In this document: piece after piece, positions 52,570 to 64,000 of the stretch
Layout of the letters: each line of letters begins with the position of its first letter
Numbering within the stretch: position 1 is the stretch's first letter
Assembly: GCA_030704615.1 (NCBI GenBank)
Contig: CM060733.1
Span: 75,950,001-76,014,000, forward strand
DNA from: Takakia lepidozioides
Taxonomy: Eukaryota > Plantae > Bryophyta
Direction: 5' to 3'
Length of the DNA stretch: 64,000 bases
Notes under the pieces: model-generated
What the model was told of the DNA's origin: nothing
Databases searched by the model: none
The model's input: only the letters and a program-made list of their open reading frames with translations
Position numbers and translations under genes: made by a program

Positions 52570-53310
52570 ATGTCGCCCTGTGTAAATGCCTTCTGCATTC
52601 GACGGAGCGGGATTCGAGGTTCGCGATTGCGTGAGCCGGTGATGGGAGACATTATGGTGGAGTTGGACTTCAGTGAAGGTACACGTAGGGTGACAAGTTT
52701 CCGAGCACTTCTGTGGGATTCTCTTTGGGTGAGGCCTGCGAGTGGACAACAGTGGATACTTGTTGTGCGAGATAGACCTAGAAGACGGAGTGTTCGTCTC
52801 TTCATCATGAGATGTTGCTGCGGTGAGTTCTGGAGGTCTTACTACCATAACTATACTGCACCTCCACAATATTTGCTCCCAGATAGGGCTCTTGAGTTGT
52901 TCACTCACTCTTATGGGCCAGGGAATATATTGTTGACACTAAGGGAGAATCGGAACAGGTTTGTCCTGGATGTTTGCGAATTTCACGACGCTGTGGAGGA
53001 GGTCCTTATAGGAGGCCTCCAATATCTGCATGTTTTCACGAACGTGACCTCTATAGATATCTTGTATCTTTATGTGCGCCATCTTAATCCAGAAAACGGC
53101 AATGCGCAGTGGACGACTACCGCACCACTCCTAATTCTGGACCTGTGGTTCGTGTTGTGGATGTCAACACAACAGCATAGAGCGTTAAGGATCATTGTGG
53201 AGGGTGATTGGAGGGCACAGGCTCCGGGTTATGGTAGATCCACAGGTTTCTTATGCCGCAGTGGTCCATTTCTGATGATGGAAGCTCAGAGTTGTCGCTA
53301 TACAAAATAA
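52570..53310 (+). CDS. Unknown 246-aa ORF
   Basis: Uninterrupted ORF followed by AATAAA; no recognised motif. Confidence 0.35.
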   Translation: MSPCVNAFCIRRSGIRGSRLREPVMGDIMVELDFSEGTRRVTSFRALLWDSLWVRPASGQQWILVVRDRPRRRSVRLFIMRCCCGEFWRSYYHNYTAPPQYLLPDRALELFTHSYGPGNILLTLRENRNRFVLDVCEFHDAVEEVLIGGLQYLHVFTNVTSIDILYLYVRHLNPENGNAQWTTTAPLLILDLWFVLWMSTQQHRALRIIVEGDWRAQAPGYGRSTGFLCRSGPFLMMEAQSCRYTK

Positions 53311-53519
53311 AAACTTGTAGTTTCCTGATGTTTGTATTTTGAGCGTGTATGGCAATTTTCTGTCATGTCAATGTGGTGTTGATGTTGTGTTGAATGGGGT
53401 TTGCAAGTTGAGCTGTCGTCTGACCCTAAATATATTACCCTGTCAGCACAATGGCTTGTGAGGGCTACAAGTTTGTGTCTCTTTCCTGTCCTGCACAATG
53501 TTTTACAGTCGTGACGTGG

Positions 53520-53701
53520 AATAACGGCGCCGAAATACCTCATTCCGCATCCTGGACCAAGAGAAACATACCCTATTATCGAGGTATGAGGACATAATAC
53601 CGTCAATAAAGGCACGAAAATTCCAATTCCGTAGATGCCCGCTCATGAGCTCATAGGCTCATAGGCTCATGGGCTCATGGGCTCATGAAAAAGTAAACCT
53701 C
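53520..53701. mobile_element. Right terminus of the GGCGCC-subfamily MULE
   Basis: CGGCGCCGAAAT at about 53525, five GCTCAT repeats, and an end (rc) GAGGTTTACTTTTTCATGAGC resembling 6172. Confidence 0.55.
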
Positions 53702-53749
53702 AATCGATATTGCTTCATTATCCATAGAAAGTCCGAAAATTTATGGGTC

Positions 53750-56700
53750 ATTTCGATTGTCCAGATCCACTGGTAGAGGAGCTTGCATTCAAAACTGAAG
53801 CACAACTATCAATGAACACCATAGTCCCACTATACACACGTCCATTCCTGCCACAAACCTGTCTAGGGGGAGATGTTTCGAGAGCAAATGTTCTTGCTGC
53901 AGCCTCAGCATAACATGGTAATTCAAGCATGGGTGGCGGACTTGGAAAGAAGTCCAGGTTCGCAAAGAAAAAGAGGAACCTAAGCGTAGTTGGGCTCCTG
54001 CAAAACATTGCAAACATTCATGAGAATCCCCAATTCCGACGCCACAATGGAGTCCCATGCAAAGAAGAAAAAACATACGACTTACTCACAAACAAAATCG
54101 TCGTCAATTTTGATGTCCTCGTGTTCCAACGGCACTGCTGCGACAGCGGCATCTATCTGAGTACCTGAGGTTGAGCCCTCATGGAGGGGAGCAATTACCT
54201 CTTTGTACAGGTCTCCATCCCCCTCAAAGGCGAACAGATGCCTTCCAGCAGCCTTGCAGGCATGGAACGATGCCCCTGCCAGACGAATAAACCAAATGAG
54301 CCAAGATATGCGCACGAACCTGCACTTTTGAACTACAACAATGAAGGTAGATTATTGCTAGAGTGTGAAGGCCCGAACCTGTTCCAACAGTGAGGTCAAC
54401 GGGACCCTTCAACACTGCAAGACTCGATGACTGTCTGCATGAATGCAGGACTTTTTTACAGTGTGGATGGGTGGCGTTCTCTTACGAGACAGTGTGCATC
54501 AAAAGCTCGTGTCTACGAAATAAAAACACTGGACTCACTGAGGTGAGCGCCAAGGCAACATCAAGGTAGGTAGCAGATGACAACCTTGCACTACGATTTC
54601 GTCAACGCAAGGATGCAAGAGAAGATTGACAGCGCAGAAGGAAAATAAAGCTATCCAAACACGGGAAACATTTCTACAATATTGAATGAAATGGAGGATA
54701 CGACATACCTTTTGGCCTGGGAAGTCCCTCTTTGTAAGTGGGAGACTATTAACTCCATTCCAGCTTTTAGTCACCTTCATCCCACCAGACTTCAGGAAAC
54801 TGGACAGTAGTCGTCGGCACTTTGCATTGGCAGCTTGTAGGATGAGCAAACACCCATTGTCAGCCAAGAAGTTCCCACAAAACTTGAAGACCCAGGGCCA
54901 GTAGCGCTCGTCCCATTCATTCCAGGCTGGAGTGATACCTTTCGGTAAAAGATCCGGGACTGGAAGCCCGTCTGGAATGTCCACAATAACGAGCTCGTAG
55001 GCAAAGGGTTTTTTCTCTCCGTTCACCCACAATAACCTTTCCAGCCTTCACCCCCCAAAAACAATCCAATTCAAAGGACATTTGAACACATTGCAAGAAC
55101 CAAATGACAAGTAGGGGAGTGGATAAGGAATTTACAAGAGTGAGGAATGAAGACAATGTCTCCCAAGTTGGGGACTTCTCTTTGACTGTGCCGCCTTTCC
55201 TCATTGATTCCATCATGTCCAAGAAGCTTTTGTTGACTGTCTTGTGTTGGTATCCCGTGGCCACACCTCTGCCAGGGTTAGGTAGGGTCTCGTATGGTTT
55301 GTCCGACAGAGCCAGTCGTGAACCCCTCTGAGCCCCTCCTGCCACAGCAGCTGCTGCCTGACTTTGTTCGCCCTCTTTCTTTTTGTCCTTCTTCTTTCCA
55401 CCCTTCTTTTTCGGGCTCTGATTTACAACTCGTTCATTTGCTTTAAGAAGCCGGAGATCTCTCAACTGCAGCTACCTATCTATCAGAGGAGCAAGAGCCT
55501 CTGCATTGTCATTCAAGTTTCGTAGGACGATCTCCTCCCATGGTGTCGATTGTTTCGGGCAATCAAGGTACCACCCACAGTCTTTGAAATGAGACCTGCT
55601 TCGGTCCTCTAGAATTCCCATTGTATACATTGTTGTGTCGGGATTTGTCTTTGCCTAGCTGTCAATGAAGAATGGGTAGGAGCTTAGAAAACCACCTGGA
55701 AAAAGCACTCCGTGGATATATCTGCAAAAACAAAAACAACAAAAATCAGGAGAGTTCATAGGAAGACATGATAGCAAGCTCCAACCTTTTGTTGTACTTA
55801 ACAAAACACAATCCAAGTGCAGGCAAAACTCATCCTTGCGTCAACAAAAGCCTCTTTCCGGTTCTGAAACAAGAGTTTGACAGTTAAGAAATCCTTTTAT
55901 CACACAAGTCGTTGGCTGCCATCAAACAGGCTTGCGCCAACGCAAGCCTCATGCAGACCCGATAGAAGTCACGTTTCCTCACAGTTTTTGCACGAAACAC
56001 TCCATAGCTGTACTTAAAATTCTCAAAACATACCCCTTCCTAATACTTGGTTCAAACTACCAATATCTATTTCACACACAAGACAGGCTTGCGTCAACGC
56101 AAGCCTGATCCTAGCCCAAAGACCTGAGGAGAATGCAAGCCATGACTAGCAGGGTCCGCAGGCTTGCGTTAATGCAAGCCTCAATAGAGGCAGCTTCTAT
56201 CTTAAAGAACAGCTCAAAACATTGAAAAGCATGAAATGAAACCTGTATATGACTCGCTTCATCGCTTGCTCCCCATTGTACTGCGCATCGAACAAATTGG
56301 AATGGTTAATCCCACCATCCACAGCAAATTCGCGGAAGAACGCATGGTCCCAAACGATCCCTTTCCACCTCCTTATCCAGGTCTCGAATGACTCTTTGGG
56401 TGTAGCAACGACTATCTTGAAGTCTGTTAGAGATTTCTCCATAACCTCCTCAGCCCTCTCCTCCAACTGGCACGCAAATAACTTGGTTAGATTTTGCGAA
56501 TGCACTCAAACACATTCAACACAGACATTGAAGAGCTGTGTAACGATATTTTTACCTGCGCCCAAAATGTGGCTTTATGAAGCCAGATGTCCCACACTTG
56601 GTCACTGAAAGGGGTGACGACTCCAGTGGTGGCGTTCTTCTCCCCATGGGAAAGCTATTTGCTTGCCGTAGAACAGGCTCAGAGTTCCAAATTTGAAGCC

Positions 56701-59060
56701 ACCGTATTTTCACTGCTGGCTCCACCATTGCCATGGCAAGCCTGTGCAGCTTCTCTTGTGTCATTTCAGGCTTTGTTGTCTTGCTCCAATGAATGCGAAC
56801 CTCTTCCAGAAATTGAGAGCCAAGACCAGGATCAGCTATGCGCAGTTGTTTGGTGAACGCAGTCACCACCTTCCCGCGGAATTCGTTCATGTGGAAGGTC
56901 ATTGCCGCCTCAATACCGTAGGCAGTGCATTCACTCTCTGGAGTTTTTCCGTAATATTCCGCTTTTCCCCTCTCTCCCGCATCAGCAATTTCTTGCTATC
57001 CAACCCAAAAGCAACGTTAAAAAGGTCAGAGTCCTAAATGTGCAATAGGTACCTGAATCTAAACTTCACAATGATTCAGGCTTGCGTTGGCACAAGCCTG
57101 AACATGGGTACATATGAATAATAATAAAAAGGTTGTTTGCAGGACCTACCGTGTACATGTACTCCAGGAACGCATCCCTTGTGAGTGTGTACCATGTCTC
57201 TACTCTTTTGGAGGTCTCGCACTTCTCGAAGGCCTCGGGTGAAAGAATAATCTTGAAGCTGGACAATGGCATCCGTCCAAGCTTTTGCATCCTGAATAAT
57301 GTGTGCACTAAGTTTGTGGTGACATGGGAAGACTCTGTCTGCTTGCACCATCAAACCGAGTGTGAGAAAAGGTGTTAATGGCAAATAATAGCATTTGAGG
57401 TTGTATCAGAATCTGGTGGATGATGAGAACTTACTTGTTTATATCATGCATGGCTGTTAGTAGCTGCGTGTGGTTTCCCTTCGGATCCAAAATGCACGCC
57501 GCGACGGAGTAATGCCAATCTTTCTCCTCTCGATGCATAGATTCAATGTACTCCATCCAAGCAAGCAGGCGGTGGTTCCCGTCCCAAACAAAGAACATCT
57601 TGTTGTTGTCCACCTGCAACTCCGGACTCCTGGACAGAGACTGCTCGAATTCCAAATTCACTTCCCTCCAGCAGTCATCCCACTTGCCCTCGATATTGTC
57701 GTCTAGATTCAGTCTCTCGTTCCCATTGGAGTCTCCAACAGAAATGTAAAAGACTGGGGTTCCAAACACGTACCCATGCACAAAATCTCCTTGAAGCTTC
57801 CTGATATCCCCGGCCAGGGCAGGACGAATAGCAGGTATTGATATCATCCTGCAGAGAGGTACCATGCGGTTCGCCTCCATAACCATCATGGATCGGATTA
57901 CCTGTCCAGACTTCACTTTTGAACCTGACCTTATCTTGATGGCCATGACTTTATAATCCATACCTGTGTCTTGCACTTCAGTTTGGACTACTGTCGCTGC
58001 AACAGGGCCTTTGCCCTTTCTCCTCTTCTTCTGCTCATCAGAAGAAACAAGAAATACATTATCAGATCAAAAGCGGGATTCTGTGATCCATAAGATCAGC
58101 CTTGCGTTAACGCAAGGATGACATGGACGTCTTCAAAGGACCGTTTGACAATCCCAAATAGGCTGTGATCTTTCAGTTAACTGAGCAATAGTTGCCTATA
58201 CATTACATCCTTATGTTGACGCAAGCATGGATCGGAGATCAAAAAGATTCTCTCACAAAGGATGTTTTGCTTTTCTTAGACACACAGCAGGGCTCTCAAA
58301 AAGACTGACACAGATTCTGGATCCTGCATAGATTTGTATCCACTAAACTTCAGGCTTGCGTCAACGCAAGCCTGGTCTGTGTGCCTGCTTACCTCGCTAT
58401 CTATACAACTATGTTTAGATTGAGAGCCGCAAATCGATATAAACTCAAAGTTCTGGGAATAACCAAATCAGACTTGCGTCAACGCAAGCCTGCACTGGAT
58501 GTCTGTTCCATGTATCATTCTTCTCTACTGAACCACACTACGCAAACTTGAAGTGTTTCAGATGAAAAGGCTATTTAGGATTTCGTTGACACAACCATGG
58601 ATAGTGTGCTCTCACACAAAAGCAGGGTGCAAATATTTACCTCTGTCGGGTGCTCGCCTTGGCCTGATGGTGCTGATCCATCCCTTTTGTTCCCCTTCTC
58701 CATCGCCGCGACCTGCTCTCGTACAGGCTGCAAGCGAGGAGAATGGTTAGACATGAAGAGAATACAATGCACAGTGTACAAGTACATGGGCAATGGTTTA
58801 GGGTTTTCTCACCTCGACTTGTATTGCTTCTTCTTGGGCCTCTTGAATGGAGTGGAGTGGAGAAAAACTCAAATCGGCTGGTGCCACCATAGATTGCGTT
58901 CCTGCATCATCCATCTGCTTGTCGTCGGTTTGAGCCTCGGCGTCGTGCCCTTCTCTTGTCTGTGTTCCCTTGTTTCGCTCTGTTCCTCATTCTCGTCTCC
59001 TGCAAGCGAAACAAACTCTCCCTCTTCCCGACCTTTTTCTCTACTAGATGCCGCAGCCAT
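53750..59060 (-). pseudogene. Cargo gene copy C: multi-exon ParB/Srx-like plus beta-class N4C/N6A MTase-like protein
   Basis: All exons on one strand with GT-AG junctions. ParB exon 57431-58032 (DGNHRLLA); MTase exons 54082-55040 (ELVIVDIPDG; HPHCKKSPAFMQTVIESCS; VDLTVGTG, intron, ASFHACKAAGRHLFAFEGD). Some frameshifts. Confidence 0.75.
55830..58491. repeat. Dispersed 22-bp palindrome AGGCTTGCGTCAACGCAAGCCT in introns of cargo gene C
   Basis: Copies at 55928, 56085, 56160, 57078, 58098, 58352 and 58470; weaker copies near 55835, 58207 and 63082. Confidence 0.9.
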
Positions 59061-59349
59061 TCTTTTGAACTCTCGCCCTAACCTCTTACCCTTCATTCTC
59101 TCAAGTGCTTTCCTTCGCTCTCTCTTGGTAGTGAAATATAAAGACTACCTCCTTTTGTGACGCTTGAACGCACTCCTAACTGTGCTAAACCCCTCCAGCT
59201 TGCTAGGCACTCTGCACGGTCATTCTCTCTGAAAGGACGGTGCTTTGCAGAGGGGTATTTCAAATGACGATTGGGGTTTGGGGATGAATGGAAAAGGTCA
59301 TGTCCGCGCCTTTCGTTACATTGTCCACATAGGGCTTCTTCCTGATGTG

Positions 59350-62300
59350 TTATGTGCACTTCTTCATCCACCCTGGATGTCGGCGTATGCCACAACATGT
59401 GTCCAGCGGTGACAGGTTGGTTGTCGCTGAATTCGGCGCATGCAATGCTTTGGATACCTTTTCCAATACGCCCTCAATGTAACGGTCAAGCTCAACGGTA
59501 TGTACGCGCAAAAATCAATGTGGTCAATTTAACCCTTGGCTCTTGGCCAATCGCTGCTTGTATAGGCACTGACGTGTAGTGGCCATGATCATTCTTTTGA
59601 TAGTATCAAGCGCCGGTCAGTGCCGGACATCCTCATCCTTTGGCAGTACATACCTGGTATCTTTGCAGCAGATATTACGTCTGTGAGGATTCGCCCCTCA
59701 ATTGATCCTGCACATCAACCCCCCTCATGTGTTCTTGATAGTGCTTCACAATGGGGGAAGTGGGCGATGTACAAATGCAAATTGCAATGGCCTGAGGCTG
59801 ACTGGTTCCGCAAACAAAACTGAGTGGGAGGGTTGTGCGGACAATCCATTTGCAGTGGGTTATGCCACTCCAAGTAACACTACATTCATCTGCAGGTTCT
59901 GCAAATTCATCCCCACATGCATTGCCACCTGCAAGGCTTGCATGTACTACGTTCTTCATCGTTGCCAGACCCTTACTCGGGCTTGCATACATCTCGAAAA
60001 TCATGATCACCCTGTGTGCAAAGGAGATTGCAGGGAAAGTATAGATACGGTACTGGGACTCATGCAACATGAAGGTCACAACGCTTTGAATGCTTCGCCG
60101 TCAGCCATTGCACTTGCGGCAAGCAAGACATTCTTGCAAAAATATATTCTTGGAGAACCAGATGATATCTTAGCCAAGCTGGACTCCTCAAAGCTAGATG
60201 CTGTTATGGACCATTTTTCTACATTGAGCTCGCCCAATGTCCGGAATCACATCAACGCACTGGAAATAGGCCCAGGGAACAAAGGTTCTCTTGATAGCAT
60301 TTTGGACTTGAAGCGTAGAAGCAAATATGACTTTATTCAAGATAGTGTCTTTCCAGGCCAGGGATATTTGAAAGTGTACTTATTCAAAATGTCCACAGTG
60401 GGGGAGGGTAGTGGAGTTAGCCTGGTCCGAAGAATGCAAGCTGGAGGCGATCTGCAGAAATCATGGCTCATGTTCGACCATTTCAAACGTGTTAAAGAGT
60501 GGACAACCATGGTTTGTCATGTGTATGATCCCACTTACCAAAGAGTAATGACTATAGCCGTTTGCGACATGCAATCCGAGGACACACAATCTCAAATTCT
60601 GATGTGGAGGTCTCTTGTGAACGTCATGAATTTGAATGGTGTGCCCGATCCAAACTTCAATGGATTCATTGTTGACAGCGCCCAGGCAAACTGGAATGCA
60701 GTACGGTGTGTGTTTGGATCTGGAGACCCCAAAACACCTATGGAAGGTAGGGAGCGCACTTGTCTCTTTCATTGGACGCAGTCCTTCGAAGGCATACAAA
60801 GAGTTGCATAAAAGTGGAATTGCAGGACGTGCACATGAGACTATGCCGCTTGTACAAAGATGCAAGGACGGGGCATGAGGCAAACTCCCTGTATCAAACT
60901 ATCCGAGCTGGTGGTACTCCTCGGATGCATCAAGCCAGGAAGGCCTCGAAGAGCTGGACGACTGGTTTGGGTTTTGGCATTTCCGATACAGACAATGGGG
61001 GGGTTTCATGACAACAGTAAATTCCAGGAGTTAGAGGGTTTTGTTTCTTCAGTTTGATGCTTGCTCTTGTCCAGTAAAACTGCACTCAAAACATGAAAAC
61101 TCATTGCATAATCTGGTGGCTGGCAGGATATGACGCTTGAGGATATTGCGGACATGCCCTTCTGCAATCTTTCGGAGACAGTGCACAATGTTTGGATGAA
61201 GCAATCCGGGAAGAACGGGCGGGATCTGTACGTTGCCACAGCTGATGACATGGTCCGCGCGCTCTCGCAACAAACACGGTACCGGGATTTCCTTCGGGGA
61301 TGGGTATAGGCAAGGGGCCAGACAGGGCAGAGTTGCTGCTCAGGGCTGCAAACAGATTGAAAGACCCTCCTAAGATGGCACGGGCTGTGAACGAGTGCAC
61401 AATGGGAATACCATTGCAGTCACGGCTTGCACATCTGGAAGGAGAGGAGAGGTTTGGTTCGTGCAAAAGAAAACTTGACACCCCACCAGGCTTGGATGCA
61501 GATTCTCGCCGCCACGATCAGGAGAACTTTTTAGTACCACGTGTGCCTGTGCCCCCCACTTTCGTGGGTGCCACCCCCTTTGTGGGGGAGTCTTCTTTGC
61601 CTTTGTTCCCTCAGGAGTCTCCAACCACCACAGTCCCCGATGAAGGGGAGAACATGCTGCCGGTAGAGGAGTCAGACTGTACAGACGCAATGTGGCATAT
61701 CGAACGGACTCCCCATGGATCAAAAGTCAAATGTGCCGCTATTAGGGCCCCCTCGTTCCAGAAGTGCAAGTCCCAAATTTCCAAAGGGACTTGCGGAACT
61801 CCTGCCTCGACGTTCACCGAGTTGTTCAAGCATTACCAGTCGCGGGAGTTTAGGCCTCACAAGTTTTGGTTCTGCCCGGATGACATTGTGCGCTGTGTCA
61901 TGGGACTGTTCGGGAATCTGTGATAATGAAGCCTGAAATTCCAGTCGTGTGGCCAGTGAAGTCTGGAACCGCACTCTCCAAACTGGGGATTGACATGCTG
62001 GAGGAGGCCGGGTTTTGCCTTCCAAGAGCCCCTCCTGTCGTAACACCAGTTGACCCAATGGCTTTCCCTTCCAACTTTACGGCACGTCCTCGACATGGCA
62101 ATGATAGGCCCACAAAAAGGAATGGAAAAGCGGTACGTTTGGTTGAGGCTGGTGCAGCCAATGAGTGCAAGATGGAGTCTGCTAGAACCCTACAGTGTTG
62201 TGTCACCCAAATTGTGAATGTTCCCTTGCCAGGGTATGGGCGGGTGTACACCACGGCGACCTCTGGATCAGTTGTTCATGACCGGACCTATGAGATTACT

Positions 62301-62519
62301 ATTGGCAATTTCCCTAATTGCACTTGTCCGGACTTTCAGAACACGCTCTCAAGTTCTCTTGGCAAGAGAGTAAAATTTGTCCCGTGCAAGCATTTGTACT
62401 ACATCTATATTCGGAGAATGTTTTGCGATCCAAAACGAGATACGTACATTCACCAATGTACGATTGGACCCAGCGACGTTCACACACTGCTACAACGAGA
62501 TACTTCAGGTACAAATTGA
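59350..62519 (+). pseudogene. Element C MULE-type transposase with SWIM finger (one intron, several frameshifts; start approximate)
   Basis: CIHLENHDHPV, WLMFDH, FIVDSAQANWNAV..VF followed by CLFH (Mutator CxxH), NLSETVHNVW, CTCPDF...PCKHLYY. Confidence 0.9.
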
Positions 62520-64000
62520 GATGTAGTCTGGATTTGCATTACAACTCTACCCGTTTGCCCTCCTTGTCATTGTTACTCAAATCTGGGTGTATCGGACTTT
62601 GGAGATGGGTACGTTTGCTTCAAGGATGCATTTTTGAATGAGATCAATGTTGTTTTGCAATGAGGATTTCTTCTCAATCTTGTTTTTCAATGCATGTTTG
62701 TGTTCCACCAGGTCGACTTGTATCTGGCTTAGTGTTGGATAATGGGAACACTTTCTTGAATGAGATCAATGATTGTTTTGCAGAATTGGTTTATGTATTC
62801 ACTTTCTATGAGATGAATTCAATGAGATGATACTCCATGACTGTTATGAAAATGATGAATGTCATGAATGTTTTCTTACAAGCTATTATATTAAACTCAT
62901 TCGTGCTACATTCATCCACCCTTTGTCATCCAACATCCATCCTTCATTCATCCATTTCCCTGAACCCATTCATACTTGCTTACTTCATCGAGAAGTTCTT
63001 CGTACACATTCATCCCACATTTTCTGACATGGAGGTCGGCGCCTTTGGTCCATCATGGCATGTAAACCTCCAATAGGCATAAGTTTGCGTCAACGACAAT
63101 AGGCCCTGCTTCTTCCACGGTTATACGCTCCACTTCCACTTTCTCACGCTTAACTTCTGCTCACACTTAAGGGAATCTGCTTACGATTAGTGGAATCTAC
63201 TCACACTTAGTGCGCTAAGCGTGAGCGCGCTCACGCCGCAGCTACTCTTAGAATAAGAAAGCAGAAAAGACCGGAAAAGAGAATGGAAAGAAACCATAAC
63301 ACAAAGAAGAAAGCTCACCGAGCGTGTTGTGGAGGCGACGGTTATTGCGATGATTCGGTGCTCACGCGACTGTCCACGCCTCGAAAAGCTAACACGCACA
63401 AAGGAAAGCGGGCTCGCACAAATGGGAGGTGGCGGGCCTAAAACGAAACAGTGCGAAAGAAGTCCAGCAGTAAGTGGAGAACAGGTATAACCCTGCATGC
63501 CGACGCATGCCGAGGAGTGACGTGGCGAGATTTCACTGGCGCCCCTTTTTTGGCCGCCATCGCATTAAATAGTTGCAGACCCCTCACACGTGTTGTCAGT
63601 ATGCCATTGCACGGACAGACTGCACGGACATACTCGTATGCCACTACATGGACAGTCCAGCAGACGGAAGGTTCAACAAAATGAAGAAGAGACTGAGGTA
63701 GACGGGATGAGTGGGACTATCGTCAGTCTGCCGTCGCCGCATTCATTAAGTCCAACAGACTTACTCCTGATGACAAAGACAGTCGAGCAGACCCAGTACC
63801 CTCGACAACAGACTCATATGCCACCGCAAGGGCAGACTAACGACTGAGGTTAAGTGGATTGACGAAGAGACTAAGGCGAGTGCGGAGACTGATGATGTGG
63901 CATGACGTGACAAGGCCTCCTTACCACCGTCAGTGCATTTATTGCGTCCAGCAGATTTACACCTAATGACATAACGGCCGAACAGATCCACTGCAAACAA

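Larger units (their letters stand above)
53702..63247. mobile_element. Element C: most complete MULE-like element, with divergent ParB-MTase gene and transposase; left end not found
   Basis: Both genes present; right terminus ...GCGTGAGCGCGCTCACGCCGCAGCTACTC resembles 16250. Confidence 0.75.

Noticed and set aside
53750-59060. Bacterial or phage contamination as the source of ParB-MTase
   Set aside because: GT-AG introns at conserved positions and interleaving with plant TEs and PPR sequence.
63248-64000. Short ORFs at the window end
   Set aside because: No recognisable features.

Overview
Transposon-dense eukaryotic DNA, inferred to come from a non-seed land plant (PLS-class PPR remnants, chromovirus, GT-AG introns); no intact host gene is evident. 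The main finding is a family of large Mutator-like (MULE, DDE + SWIM) elements whose transposase is paired head-to-head with an intron-containing cargo gene. That gene encodes an N-terminal ParB/Srx-like domain and a C-terminal beta-class N4C/N6A DNA-methyltransferase-like domain, an architecture typical of prophages. Four copies or fragments (A, A', B, C) fall into two subfamilies, and each subfamily carries its own repeated palindrome: a GGCGCC core, partly phased at about 64 bp, or a CGTTGACG core. Copy B is split by a TIR element whose 8-bp target duplication (AATTTCAT) rejoins the ParB and MTase halves across an inversion. Also present: a Ty3/Gypsy element with a C5-cytosine methyltransferase between protease and RT plus a PHD finger after integrase; a young full-length chromovirus (TSD ACACA) and a truncated copy; two decayed PPR paralogs; and a 500-N gap. 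Many single-base frameshifts could be either decay or assembly error. All domain calls come from motifs read by eye, not database searches.
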